DNA of 64,000 nt from an uncultured Gammaproteobacteria bacterium (lineage in GTDB: Bacteria > Patescibacteriota > Microgenomatia > CAZETR01 > Amesbacteraceae). The translations under genes were made by a program, and so were the position numbers. How positions within the stretch are numbered: the first letter of the stretch is position 1; every line of letters begins with the position of its first letter. Below, in pieces: positions 31,087 through 40,690 of the stretch. The DNA is taken from NCBI GenBank assembly GCA_964633995.1, contig CAZWKN010000003.1, positions 5,750 to 69,749 on the forward strand. The letters are read 5' to 3'. The notes beneath the pieces are model-generated. The model searched no databases. It worked only from the letters and a program-made list of their open reading frames with translations, and was not told the DNA's origin.

Positions 31087-32915
31087 TTAATCCCGAACAA
31101 CTCCAAGCCGTGATCCACGATGGTGGGCCTTTGTTGGTCCTGGCGGGCGCTGGCAGTGGGAAAACGAAAGTTCTGACACATCGAGCTGCATGGTTGGTCA
31201 CCGCAAAAGGGGTGTCTCCAGCTGAAATATTATTGCTTACTTTTACGAATAAAGCCAGTGAGGAAATGCTTAGGAAGGTGGGAGTACTACTTTCGTCTGG
31301 ATTTGCGGGTCAGGGTGGAACTTTTCATAGTTTTAGTGCAAAAATTCTTCGGAGATATGCTAATGAAGCTGGGTTAAGTACCAATTTTGTAATATATGAT
31401 TCCGCTGATCAAATTGACGTAGTAAAAGAAGCAATGGCCAAAATTGGGGTTGACGTAAAGTCTGTTAAACCAAACTCGGTGCTGGCTGCTATTTCCGAGG
31501 CCAAAAACGAACTAATCGCAGCGTCAAGCTATGAAGGTTTTGCGAGGGGGAGTTGGACACAAATGGTAGCCAAGGTGTATTTAACATATCAACAGTTGCT
31601 GAAAAGATATCAGGCTTTGGATTTTGATGATTTGTTATTTGAAACTGTAAACTTGTTGAAAAAAAACCCAGAGATAAGATCAAAAACAAGGAACTCTTTT
31701 AAACATGTTTTGATTGACGAGTATCAAGATACCAATAAAGCTCAGTATGAAATGACCAAACTTCTCACAGGAGATTCCGAAAACTTAACAGTTGTCGGAG
31801 ACGCGTCACAAGCAATTTATTCCTGGAGAGGGGCTGATTATAGGAATTTATTACTACTGAAACAGGATTTTGTTAATTTGACAATAATTAATTTGGAACA
31901 AAATTATCGATCTACGCAAATCATTCTATCGGCGGCAAATGAAGTAATTAGGAAAAATAAAAACCATCCAATACTTAATTTGTGGACGAGTCGGGGCGCC
32001 GGTGAAAAGATAACTGTTTATGAAGCTGAAAGCGAAATAGACGAAGCAAGCTTCGTAGTAGCACAGTTATCCAGTTTTCCAGATACAAAACTTTCTGATT
32101 TTGCGGTGTTGTATAGGACAAACGCCCAGTCGCGTGTATTTGAAGAGGCCATGTTACATGCCGGAATACCCTATGCACTGGTGGGGGGGGTAAGGTTTTA
32201 TGAACGCAAGGAAATAAAAGACGTATTAGCGTATTTAAAAATATATATCAACCCTGCAGATGAAGTATCCAGGAAAAGGGCAGAAAAATTGGGCAAGGGA
32301 AAGTTGTCAAGGTTTGAGAGTTCAATTGACAAGGACGCCGACCTAACATCCTTACAAATTCTGGATCTGACCCTTAAGTTAACGGGTTACCTGGACGGGC
32401 TTGATCCTGCCGACGAAGAAGACGCCGGAAGAATGGAGAATCTTAAGGAGTTGAGGTCCGTTGCTGATCTTTTTCCTAACTTGAATGACTTTTTACAGAA
32501 TATTGCATTGACTGAAAAGGAAAGTAAAAAAACAGGTGAACTCAGAAATGGAGCAGTGACATTAATGACCATGCACTCAGCTAAGGGTTTGGAGTTCAGG
32601 ATTGTATTTATTGTTGGGATGGAGGAGGGACTATTCCCCCACAGCCGCTCACTATTGGACCCGGACCAGATGGAAGAAGAGAGACGGTTGGCGTACGTAG
32701 GAATTACTAGGGCCATGGATAAGTTGTATATAACCTACGCTAAAAGACGTTTGTATTTCGGACAACGAAACACTAACCCCGTGTCCAGATTTTTGGCAGA
32801 AATTCCGGAGATTTTGATCGACACAAACAATAATATTAGGGTCTTTAAAACTATAAAGGCCGAGGAACAATGGGGCTTTGATGATAGCGGAAACTGGAAG
32901 TGGAAACCAGACTAA
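31068..32915 (+). CDS. pcrA: ATP-dependent DNA helicase UvrD/PcrA family
   Basis: LNPEQLQAV, AGAGSGKT Walker A, DEYQDTN, later SF1 motifs; 615 aa. Confidence 0.9.
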   Translation: MELLKTLNPEQLQAVIHDGGPLLVLAGAGSGKTKVLTHRAAWLVTAKGVSPAEILLLTFTNKASEEMLRKVGVLLSSGFAGQGGTFHSFSAKILRRYANEAGLSTNFVIYDSADQIDVVKEAMAKIGVDVKSVKPNSVLAAISEAKNELIAASSYEGFARGSWTQMVAKVYLTYQQLLKRYQALDFDDLLFETVNLLKKNPEIRSKTRNSFKHVLIDEYQDTNKAQYEMTKLLTGDSENLTVVGDASQAIYSWRGADYRNLLLLKQDFVNLTIINLEQNYRSTQIILSAANEVIRKNKNHPILNLWTSRGAGEKITVYEAESEIDEASFVVAQLSSFPDTKLSDFAVLYRTNAQSRVFEEAMLHAGIPYALVGGVRFYERKEIKDVLAYLKIYINPADEVSRKRAEKLGKGKLSRFESSIDKDADLTSLQILDLTLKLTGYLDGLDPADEEDAGRMENLKELRSVADLFPNLNDFLQNIALTEKESKKTGELRNGAVTLMTMHSAKGLEFRIVFIVGMEEGLFPHSRSLLDPDQMEEERRLAYVGITRAMDKLYITYAKRRLYFGQRNTNPVSRFLAEIPEILIDTNNNIRVFKTIKAEEQWGFDDSGNWKWKPD

Positions 32916-33566
32916 CTAGCCATTTAGTAGTTTTGACAAAAGGGCGAGAGTCTTGGGGGATGTGAGTATTCGGGCGTGGCCGTAGACTGGCACACAAATA
33001 TTTATGGCTTGGGGTATAAGTAAATTTTTGTTGGGGATTACGTGGTTATCTTTAGCCGCATAGATATTAATTATCCGCGAGAGATCGAGATGGTTTTTTA
33101 TGTTGGCAATTACTGGCGACCCAGGAAGGAGTTCTTCTAAAAAATAGGTTTTTAGATAACCTAACAGTGATCCTTGCCATGGTGTACAAATGGAGATAAT
33201 TTTGGCGATGTTTTGTGGATGTTTTTTCAATACTCCTGCGGCAACTAACCCGCCTTTACTGTGCGTAAGTATTATTACTTTTTTTAAATTGTTTTTTATT
33301 ATGTAATCCGAAACCACAGTAGAAGCTTGATCCAAAGGAAGAATATTTTTTCCTAAATCGTTAATCACATGAACACGGAAACCAAGCATGTTGACGTGGT
33401 CGCCTATGATCTTTAGAAACCGCCACGAACTGTTCCAACCCTGGATCAACACCACGTTCCCGTTTTTCCCCAATTTCCATTGGCTAGGCGGTTGCGCCAG
33501 TTTGGTTGATAGACGAATATTTAAAATGGTTAGATATTCCGAAATTAGCCAGAAAGGATCAAACAT
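32916..33566 (-). CDS. Alpha/beta-fold hydrolase (lipase/esterase-like)
   Basis: GxSxG nucleophile elbow THSKGG; about 216 aa. Confidence 0.5.
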   Translation of the reverse strand: MFDPFWLISEYLTILNIRLSTKLAQPPSQWKLGKNGNVVLIQGWNSSWRFLKIIGDHVNMLGFRVHVINDLGKNILPLDQASTVVSDYIIKNNLKKVIILTHSKGGLVAAGVLKKHPQNIAKIISICTPWQGSLLGYLKTYFLEELLPGSPVIANIKNHLDLSRIINIYAAKDNHVIPNKNLLIPQAINICVPVYGHARILTSPKTLALLSKLLNG

Positions 33567-33582
33567 GGGATAATTCTATATC

Positions 33583-34443
33583 ATGGAGGCTGTAAAATGG
33601 GATTCGCACGTTGACCACCCAATGCAATCTTGGGAGTGGGGTGAGTTTAGGAGGAAGATGGAAAACAAGGTGACGCAGGTTGGACGATTACAGATAATTT
33701 GGAGTAAGTTACCCTTGGGAATGTGGTTTGGATATTGCCCGATGAGTCAAATGCCGAGCGAGGAAGAGCTAAAAAAAATTGAGGGTGGCATTGGCGTCCG
33801 ATTTGAGCCGAACGAGAGAAGTGGCGCAAAAATTACAAAGGGGTTGGTCCGGGGGAGACATTTGTTTAAGCCGAAGACATATTGGATAAACTTGACACTT
33901 TCCGAAGATGAATTATTAAAAAAAATGACGAGCAAGTGCAGATATAACATTCGACTGGCGCAAAGGCATGGAGTATTAATTGAAGAAGGCGACGTGGAAA
34001 GCTACCTGAAGCTAATGAAAAAAACCACAAAAAGACAGAAAATATATGCACATTCGGAAAGATATCATCAGGAAATGGCCAAGTTGAGGTTTGTGAAGCA
34101 GTTTAAGGCAAAATACGATGGAAAAACTATTGCGAGCTGGATGATATTTGCATGGAAAGATTTTATGTATTACGCGTATGGAGCTTTTGACGATGAATAC
34201 AAAAATATTATGGCACCAGTACTTGGGTTGTGGGAAATTATGAAATGGGGAAAGGCCAATGGATATAAAACTCTTGATTTGTGGGGGGCGGAAGAAGGGA
34301 GAGGGTTTTCCAGATTTAAGGAACAGTTTGGGCCGGAGCTGGTCGAGCTGGTCGGCACATTCGATTTGCCACTGAGTTTGTGGTATTGGCCATTTAGATT
34401 TGCGGAGGAGGTCAGGTGGAAGATACTAAGATTAATTGCTTAA
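33583..34443 (+). CDS. FemAB/BioF2-like GNAT-fold acyl/aminoacyl-transferase (putative peptidoglycan side-chain modification)
   Basis: Overall resemblance of C-terminal half (YAYGAFDDEY...LGLWEIMKWGKANGYKTLDLWG) to FemAB-family proteins; shorter than canonical FemX. Confidence 0.45.
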   Translation: MEAVKWDSHVDHPMQSWEWGEFRRKMENKVTQVGRLQIIWSKLPLGMWFGYCPMSQMPSEEELKKIEGGIGVRFEPNERSGAKITKGLVRGRHLFKPKTYWINLTLSEDELLKKMTSKCRYNIRLAQRHGVLIEEGDVESYLKLMKKTTKRQKIYAHSERYHQEMAKLRFVKQFKAKYDGKTIASWMIFAWKDFMYYAYGAFDDEYKNIMAPVLGLWEIMKWGKANGYKTLDLWGAEEGRGFSRFKEQFGPELVELVGTFDLPLSLWYWPFRFAEEVRWKILRLIA

Positions 34444-34778
34444 AACAGGTATTCCACTTTCTTAAACATCATAACAATCATCATTTGTGCGGCGATAAAA
34501 AATAACATTCCCAATATTGCGGTACCTATTGGACCGTTGTAGCTTTTGATGTAACCTCTAGATTTTAATGCCTGGCTAAGCTTGGCGTTTCCAGAAATTA
34601 CTGTGAAGGTGAACAAGGGGTTGGCAGGAACAAGAAGTATGGTGGCACCAGACGTGACAGTTTTGAGAAATTTTAAAGAAATTACGGCAAAGTAGGCGCC
34701 CGTGGTAACCATGAAGATTGATCGAGGCCAATGTTCCAGCGGGGATACTGTGGGAATATCAATTGCGATTGGCTGCAT
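34440..34778 (-). CDS. Hypothetical small membrane protein
   Basis: 112 aa, 2-3 hydrophobic segments; no recognisable motif. Confidence 0.3.
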   Translation of the reverse strand: MQPIAIDIPTVSPLEHWPRSIFMVTTGAYFAVISLKFLKTVTSGATILLVPANPLFTFTVISGNAKLSQALKSRGYIKSYNGPIGTAILGMLFFIAAQMMIVMMFKKVEYLF

Positions 34779-34799
34779 TGTGTAAAGTATATGGCAACA

Positions 34800-37622
34800 C
34801 TAGTGGGACCTGTCAACCACAAGCCTGCACAGTTTGGAATAGTCACACTTGCCCTCCTGGCAAATCTTGGGGTGAGAACAACCAAATTCCGACGATTCTA
34901 TTTGCAATTTGATTGACTTGATTTTCTCGACCGCCTCATCAAGCTGTTCTTGGGTTTTTGTGATACTAATCCTGTCTCCAGAATCTAAATACACCAAAAC
35001 CAGCTCAAGTTCCGGCTTGTCTACCATTTTTGCAGCAGCCAGTGCATAAAAAGACAACTGCAAGTCGGTCTGGGCTTCTTTGAGCGAAAGCTGATTATTG
35101 GGGCTGCTGGTTTTGTAATCAAAAATAGTTACTTTATTGCCGACAATATCAACCCTATCAATTTTCCCTCCAATGGTAAGGTCTGGAGTCAATAGAAATT
35201 TGAACCCATGTTCAAGTAGGGTGGGATTTTGAGGAAGGGTCGTTATGGCCCTTTTTACCATATCCTGACCACGTTTAAAAAATAATTGCTCTCTTTTTTT
35301 ATTCTCGTAACCCCGATTGTCCCAGTTCACCTCAAGCAGTTTTACGACATCGGGACTTTCCCCTCGGATAAGTTGTTCATAGTAATTCTTGAGTGTTTTA
35401 TGAATGGTGTTGCCAAAACTTGACGAGGCAGACGGTGGCGTCTTGAGGCCCAAGTCATATTTTGCTCGGTAGTGAAGAGGGCAATCTAAAAATGTTTCTA
35501 TCCGCGAGGAATCTAGGTATGTGACGGTGGTGGAGGTGGATATTTGGACTGGTGGGGTGTGGATAGGGACTGGGGGTTGGAGGACAGGGACTGGAGTGGT
35601 CAAATCTATGTCCGATAGGGCCTCTGACACAAACTGGGAGATTTTTTTGGGTCTCTTACCATCTCCATAATAATCGGCACCGGTGAGAATTAGTTGGCTT
35701 TTTGCCCGAGTCATGGCCACATAAAACAATCGACGTTCTTCCTGGAGATGAGTGTCTGCTTGCGGAAGAGTTTCCTTGATAAACACGTCCGGAATAGGGA
35801 TTGCCTCTGAGCGATTAATTGACGGGAATCTGGCCGAGACTAAGCTGCAGATAAACACAACTGGAAACTCTAATCCCTTGGCTGAATGAACAGTGATGAT
35901 TTTGACGGTATCCTCACCTTCCCAGTCCAATTCTGCGGCTTGGGGCGATTCCCCTATTTGCTCCAATGTCTCTATCCAGGCCAATACGGCGGGAATGGAA
36001 GTGTCGTTCGAACGGGATTCGAATGATTTGATGCGATTGAATAATTTTACAATGTTTAGTGCGACCGACTCTTCCTCTTGTGTATGATAGTCTGTCAGGT
36101 GATGAATCCAATTGGTTTTTGAAAGCAGGTCATACAGAACTTCTCCGGCTGATAATTTAGCTAACAACAATTGATGCTCTTCAATTAACGCCAGAAAATT
36201 TGCTACTTTTTTGTTCGAAGATTTTTTAACGACCTCAATTAGCGGAATTCTATCTTGCTTGCTTTCGGAAACTAATCTGGAGATTTCAATGGGAGGGATA
36301 TCGAACCAAGGCGAACACAATACCTGAAATAGAGCGATTTGATTGAGTGGATTTTGTACTACATCCAAATACGAAACCAGGTTTCTGATTTCAGGACGTT
36401 GAAAAAGTGTCGAGGGCCCTAGAAAACGACAAGGGATGTTGTTCCTCTCCAGGCAGGACACGATTGGTTGGGCGTGTGAGTTGGCCCGGACGAGAACAGC
36501 AAAGTCGGACCAGGCAAGAGAATTGTCTGATTTAATTTTTTGAATTTGGCTCGTGACAGTTTCGGCCTCCGATTCGGAGTTTTGAAGATGGAAAAACTTA
36601 ACTGGTTGCGGATTTGGTATTGGCGAAACACTGATGAGTTTTTTGTCTACCCCCTCCTGAACCTCTAACCTGTCGGGGTTGTTGTGGGTGATTAAGCGGT
36701 ACGCACAATCAAGAATTTCTTTGGTCGAGCGAAAGTTTTGATTTAATATGATTTTTTTTACGTTTGGATAGTGTTTGGAAAAAGAGATTAAGTTGCTAGT
36801 CGAAGCTCCTCGCCATTTATAAATTGATTGATCGTCATCGCCAACCACGGTTAGGTTTGGATTGTCACCCGCTAGTAGTTTAATTAGTTCTGTTTGAGAA
36901 TAATTGGTGTCCTGATATTCGTCTACCAATATCCAGGGCCATTTTTTCCGGTAGTCTGATAGTACATTCGGCCTGTTTACAAAAAGTTTTAAGGAGACCG
37001 AAATTAAGTCTGAGAAGGAAAAAACGTTCTCTTTAAGTTTTAGGGCTTGGTAAAATCTATAAAAACTTGCCAGTTCACGATATTTGTCAGACTCGAGCTT
37101 GCTTTCTGAGGTATCCCGTTTTAGCGAACTTGCCCATTTTTCATAGTCCTCCACCGTCACGTTTTCATCCTGCAGCCTGTCGACGTGAGTGAGCAGAGCA
37201 GATATAAATTTATCCGGATTTCCCAATGGGCGAAAATATTCTAATGGAGATTCCCAAAGATGGGATTTTATTAGTGTGAACAATTCGATTTCCGATCCCA
37301 GGGTATAGTTTTGCGGATAACCTATTTGAAAAGCGTCATCCCGTAAAACCTGGTCGCATAAACCGTGAAAGGTGTGGACGGAAACCTGAAAACCTAAGGG
37401 CAGCAACTCGTCTAACCTGGATTCCATTTCATGAGCTGCTTTTTCAGTGAAAGTGATGGCCAAAATTTGGTCGGGGGTGGCTAGATTGGAATCTATTAGA
37501 TGCTTGATACGGTGGGTGACTACTGTCGTTTTGCCAGTGCCAGCTCCGGCAATAATCATGAGAGGGCCATGCCCGTGTGCGACGGCCTCGAGTTGCTGCT
37601 TATTAAGAGTTTTTTCTTCCAT
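34800..37622 (-). CDS. UvrD-family SF1 helicase fused to C-terminal PD-(D/E)xK (RecB/Cas4-like) nuclease with Cys cluster
   Basis: N-terminus LNKQQLEAV, AGAGTGKT, DEYQDTN; C-terminus IDRVD ... FDYKTS ... QLSFYALA nuclease motifs and C-x(n)-CSHPKICQEGKCDYSKLC Fe-S-type cysteines. Confidence 0.85.
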   Translation of the reverse strand: MEEKTLNKQQLEAVAHGHGPLMIIAGAGTGKTTVVTHRIKHLIDSNLATPDQILAITFTEKAAHEMESRLDELLPLGFQVSVHTFHGLCDQVLRDDAFQIGYPQNYTLGSEIELFTLIKSHLWESPLEYFRPLGNPDKFISALLTHVDRLQDENVTVEDYEKWASSLKRDTSESKLESDKYRELASFYRFYQALKLKENVFSFSDLISVSLKLFVNRPNVLSDYRKKWPWILVDEYQDTNYSQTELIKLLAGDNPNLTVVGDDDQSIYKWRGASTSNLISFSKHYPNVKKIILNQNFRSTKEILDCAYRLITHNNPDRLEVQEGVDKKLISVSPIPNPQPVKFFHLQNSESEAETVTSQIQKIKSDNSLAWSDFAVLVRANSHAQPIVSCLERNNIPCRFLGPSTLFQRPEIRNLVSYLDVVQNPLNQIALFQVLCSPWFDIPPIEISRLVSESKQDRIPLIEVVKKSSNKKVANFLALIEEHQLLLAKLSAGEVLYDLLSKTNWIHHLTDYHTQEEESVALNIVKLFNRIKSFESRSNDTSIPAVLAWIETLEQIGESPQAAELDWEGEDTVKIITVHSAKGLEFPVVFICSLVSARFPSINRSEAIPIPDVFIKETLPQADTHLQEERRLFYVAMTRAKSQLILTGADYYGDGKRPKKISQFVSEALSDIDLTTPVPVLQPPVPIHTPPVQISTSTTVTYLDSSRIETFLDCPLHYRAKYDLGLKTPPSASSSFGNTIHKTLKNYYEQLIRGESPDVVKLLEVNWDNRGYENKKREQLFFKRGQDMVKRAITTLPQNPTLLEHGFKFLLTPDLTIGGKIDRVDIVGNKVTIFDYKTSSPNNQLSLKEAQTDLQLSFYALAAAKMVDKPELELVLVYLDSGDRISITKTQEQLDEAVEKIKSIKLQIESSEFGCSHPKICQEGKCDYSKLCRLVVDRSH

Positions 37623-37672
37623 GGACTAAATTGTATCACCCGAACGTCTCGCAAAACCTCACCCCTTTAACT

Positions 37673-37698
37673 CCCCTCTCCTGAATTCAGGAGAGGGG
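37673..37698. repeat. Perfect 26-nt palindrome CCCCTCTCCTGAATTCAGGAGAGGGG in divergent intergenic region
   Basis: Read directly; 13-nt arms, centred on GAATTC, between helicase-nuclease gene (minus, start 37622) and rnhB (plus, start 37723). Confidence 0.6.
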
Positions 37699-37722
37699 TA
37701 AGAGGAGAGGTAAAATATAATT

Positions 37723-38301
37723 ATGAGAACATGTGGGATGGATGAGGTGGGAAGAGGAGCCTTCGCCGGACCATTGACCGCTGCGGCGGTAATATTAAAT
37801 CCTAAATCTAAAATTCTAAGTTCTAAATTAAAAGACTCTAAAAAACTAAGTTCAAAACAAAGAAACCGACTTTATAAAAAAATTATTAAATACGCGGACT
37901 TGATAGAAATTGAAATAATCTCTGTGAGACTAATAAATAATAGAGGGATTGGGTGGGCAAATAAACAGATTTTTCGCAATTTAATTAAACGAATTGAGGC
38001 GGACAAATTTATTATTGATGGTAATTTGAAAATAAGAAAAGCGGTAAGCGTCGTTAAGGCGGACACTAAAATTCCGGAGGTGATGGCTGCGTCGATAATT
38101 GCTAAGGTGACGCGGGATGAGTACATGATAAAACTGCACGAGGAACACGAGGTGTATGGTTGGAAATCTAATAAGGGATATGGGACGAAATATCATATTA
38201 ATGCGCTACGGGAACATGGAATGACAAGGCATCATAGGAGTGTGTTTGTAACAACGGCACTGAAAAATAGTTACGAAGTCAAGGTTCTAGATAATTGGTG
38301 A
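37723..38301 (+). CDS. rnhB: Ribonuclease HII
   Basis: GMDEVGRGAFAGPLTAAAV catalytic N-terminus; 192 aa; contains a Lys/Ser-rich low-complexity insert. Confidence 0.9.
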   Translation: MRTCGMDEVGRGAFAGPLTAAAVILNPKSKILSSKLKDSKKLSSKQRNRLYKKIIKYADLIEIEIISVRLINNRGIGWANKQIFRNLIKRIEADKFIIDGNLKIRKAVSVVKADTKIPEVMAASIIAKVTRDEYMIKLHEEHEVYGWKSNKGYGTKYHINALREHGMTRHHRSVFVTTALKNSYEVKVLDNW

Positions 38302-39328
38302 GCTTCATTGATGGATCAAAATCAGGATAAAAATTGCGCTCCCAAACATGGTTTTTAAGCTCTGTCATGAGCTTTTGGGAAAGTTTATAACCGTCTGAAA
38401 TTGCTGCGTTCGCGATGACATTGCCCACCTTACGCGTTCCAGGAATAACTGAGGAAATTTCATCAAAGGACAAAATGTAACGAAGAGCTAATTCTGGTAT
38501 GGATTGAGCCTCGGTCCCTAATAATTTTGTTAAGGTGTTGATTCTGGGGATAAATTCTTTTAAATGCTCCTGGTTAAAATACAACGATCTCATTTGGTCA
38601 TCAAAATGTGTATCTGGCGTTAATTTTCCAGTTAGTCCCCCTTCGTCCAAAGGAACACGGGCTATTAAACCAATGTTGTTTTTGGCGGCGTATGGCAACA
38701 ACTTTTCAGTGGGTTTTTGATGAAAGATGTTAAAAATAAACTGAACTGAGGCGATTAAACCAGTGTCTAAAGTTTTTAGGGCATTGCTGGGTTGATAATC
38801 GTTAATCGAAATTCCCCAATGTTTGACTTTGCCGGTCCGGCTAATATTTTGAATGGTGTTTTTCCAACCGTCTTCTTTTACAAAATCGTCCTGCCAGACG
38901 TGGAATTGCATCAGATCTATTGAGTCTAGACCAAGGCTTGTTAAAGAAGCGTCTACCATTTCTTTGATATATTTATCAGGGAATACTTCGGAAACAGGAA
39001 TACCTTGCCTCGCTGGCCAATAACGATTTTTGGGCGGAATTTTGGTAGCTACAATGACTTTATTTTTATTTCCAGACTCTTTGAGAAATTTCCCGATTAG
39101 TTCTTCCGATGTGTGGCTACCCACCTCCTCACCCGGCTCATCGGCGCGACCATAGACGTAAGCAGTATCAATAAAGTTTCCCCCAAGTTCGACAAATTTA
39201 TATAAGCTTCGCAAGCTTTCCTGTTCGTCTGGCGCGTCCCAACCCCAAGGCTTACCTGCTAATTGCCATGTCCCCATGCCGACTTCAGAAATGTTCAAGC
39301 CTGTTTTGCCAAGAGTACGATATTGCAT
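38279..39328 (-). CDS. Aldo/keto reductase family oxidoreductase
   Basis: Trimmed to Met 39328 (MQYRTLGKTGLNISEVGMGTWQL...); AKR motifs; ORF-track upstream extension to 39718 is non-protein-like and overlaps a better plus-strand ORF. Confidence 0.85.
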   Translation of the reverse strand: MQYRTLGKTGLNISEVGMGTWQLAGKPWGWDAPDEQESLRSLYKFVELGGNFIDTAYVYGRADEPGEEVGSHTSEELIGKFLKESGNKNKVIVATKIPPKNRYWPARQGIPVSEVFPDKYIKEMVDASLTSLGLDSIDLMQFHVWQDDFVKEDGWKNTIQNISRTGKVKHWGISINDYQPSNALKTLDTGLIASVQFIFNIFHQKPTEKLLPYAAKNNIGLIARVPLDEGGLTGKLTPDTHFDDQMRSLYFNQEHLKEFIPRINTLTKLLGTEAQSIPELALRYILSFDEISSVIPGTRKVGNVIANAAISDGYKLSQKLMTELKNHVWERNFYPDFDPSMKLTNYLEP

Positions 39329-39356
39329 TTTTCGATTATAACTCTTTGATATACTG

Positions 39357-39947
39357 TTGGAAGTGTTAAATCCTAACTTTGCCATATTGGGAGCGGCTGT
39401 CCAATTTTTTGGAGGTTGGGGATATTTTATTGATACCCTAAAGGGGAAAGTAAAACCAAATAAGGTTAGCTGGTTATTGTGGTCTATTGCACCGTTAATA
39501 GCTGCCTTTGCACAAATAAAGCAAGGCGTGGGAATTTTGTTTATAACCACGTTTGTAGTTGGTTTTTTGCCTGTGATAATTTTTATCGCCTCTTTTGTGA
39601 ATAAAGACGCCAAGTGGAAAATTACAAAATTTGATTTAACCTGTGGACTGTTGTCTCTGATCGGTTTGGTATTATGGTTGATTACCAAGGTGGGGAATGT
39701 GGCTATTTTCTTTAGCATCGTCGCAGACGGCCTAGCGTCAGTGCCGACAATATTAAAATCCTATTCTGACCCAGAATCAGAAAATGATTCGGTGTATTGG
39801 TTTGGGACGGTTAATGCAGCTCTTGGTTTATTAACTATTTCTACTTGGAAATTTGAATTTTGGGGTTTTCCGCTTTACTTGTTGTTTTGCAGTTTGGGTA
39901 TTGCGATATTGATTAGGTTTAAGATTGGAAAACGATTTTCCCGTTGA
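39357..39947 (+). CDS. Polytopic membrane protein with two PQ-loop/MtN3-like repeats (SWEET-like, tentative)
   Basis: 196 aa, about 6-7 TM; two internally similar segments (IDTLKGKVKPNKVSWLLW / VPTILKSYSDPESENDSVYWF) resembling PQ-loop motifs. Confidence 0.35.
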   Translation: MEVLNPNFAILGAAVQFFGGWGYFIDTLKGKVKPNKVSWLLWSIAPLIAAFAQIKQGVGILFITTFVVGFLPVIIFIASFVNKDAKWKITKFDLTCGLLSLIGLVLWLITKVGNVAIFFSIVADGLASVPTILKSYSDPESENDSVYWFGTVNAALGLLTISTWKFEFWGFPLYLLFCSLGIAILIRFKIGKRFSR

Positions 39948-40623
39948 GGTATTTTTGACGGATGGGTTCTGGGAAACGCTCGATGGAATAACGGAGCATG
40001 GTGCGGGGCATTACTTTGTAATGTTTATCCAAGAAATCGGTGAGATATTCTTGGCTGCAGCGCTTGCCCACTTCGCGCAGCATCCAGCCCACTGCTTTGT
40101 GAATTAAATCCTCTTTGTCTTCTAACAACATTTCGGATATTTTGAGTGCCGGCCTGGGATCACCTTTGTAAATAAAGGCGAAGGTGGCCAGGATGGCTAT
40201 GCGGCGTTCCCATAATGATTTTGACTTGGCTAATTTGAATAAAATATCTTTTGGTTTGTCTTGTAAATATTCACCGATAATTTTAGGGGCAGTCAGATCG
40301 ACGAGATCCCAGTTGTTAATATATTTTACGGATTTGAGGTATAAGTCATAAATATTTTTTGGGTCTTTGGGAAATTTATGGACTAAAATTAGTAACGCGA
40401 TTAGACGTTCTTCGTGAAGCCGGGAACGCAGAAGTTCTGTAGCGTCTAAAAGAGATAAATCTTTGTATTTGCGAACGAGAGTGCGGCACTGGGGAACTGT
40501 CAGGCCCAAGAACTTGTCCCCTTCTCCGTATTCTCCCGAGCCGGTTTTGAAAAATCGCAGTGAATGCCTCGCTCGAACCGGATCAGAAAGATTTTGAATA
40601 TCGATACGAAGTGAATCAAGCAC
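39919..40623 (-). CDS. DNA alkylation repair protein (AlkC/AlkD-like HEAT-repeat glycosylase)
   Basis: 234 aa all-helical; HEAT-like repeats resembling AlkD family (e.g. segments WDLVD and WERRIAILATF). Confidence 0.8.
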   Translation of the reverse strand: MLDSLRIDIQNLSDPVRARHSLRFFKTGSGEYGEGDKFLGLTVPQCRTLVRKYKDLSLLDATELLRSRLHEERLIALLILVHKFPKDPKNIYDLYLKSVKYINNWDLVDLTAPKIIGEYLQDKPKDILFKLAKSKSLWERRIAILATFAFIYKGDPRPALKISEMLLEDKEDLIHKAVGWMLREVGKRCSQEYLTDFLDKHYKVMPRTMLRYSIERFPEPIRQKYLNGKIVFQS

Positions 40624-40690
40624 TTTTGTAGTTTATGATAAAAACGAGGGCATTGAAAGTAAAAGACAAATATTTAGTGCCGGGGAGAGG

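Noticed and set aside
39329-39718. N-terminal 130-aa extension of the aldo-keto reductase ORF
   Set aside because: AKR has a canonical start (MQYRTLGKTG) at 39328. The extension is non-protein-like and overlaps a coherent plus-strand membrane protein ORF.
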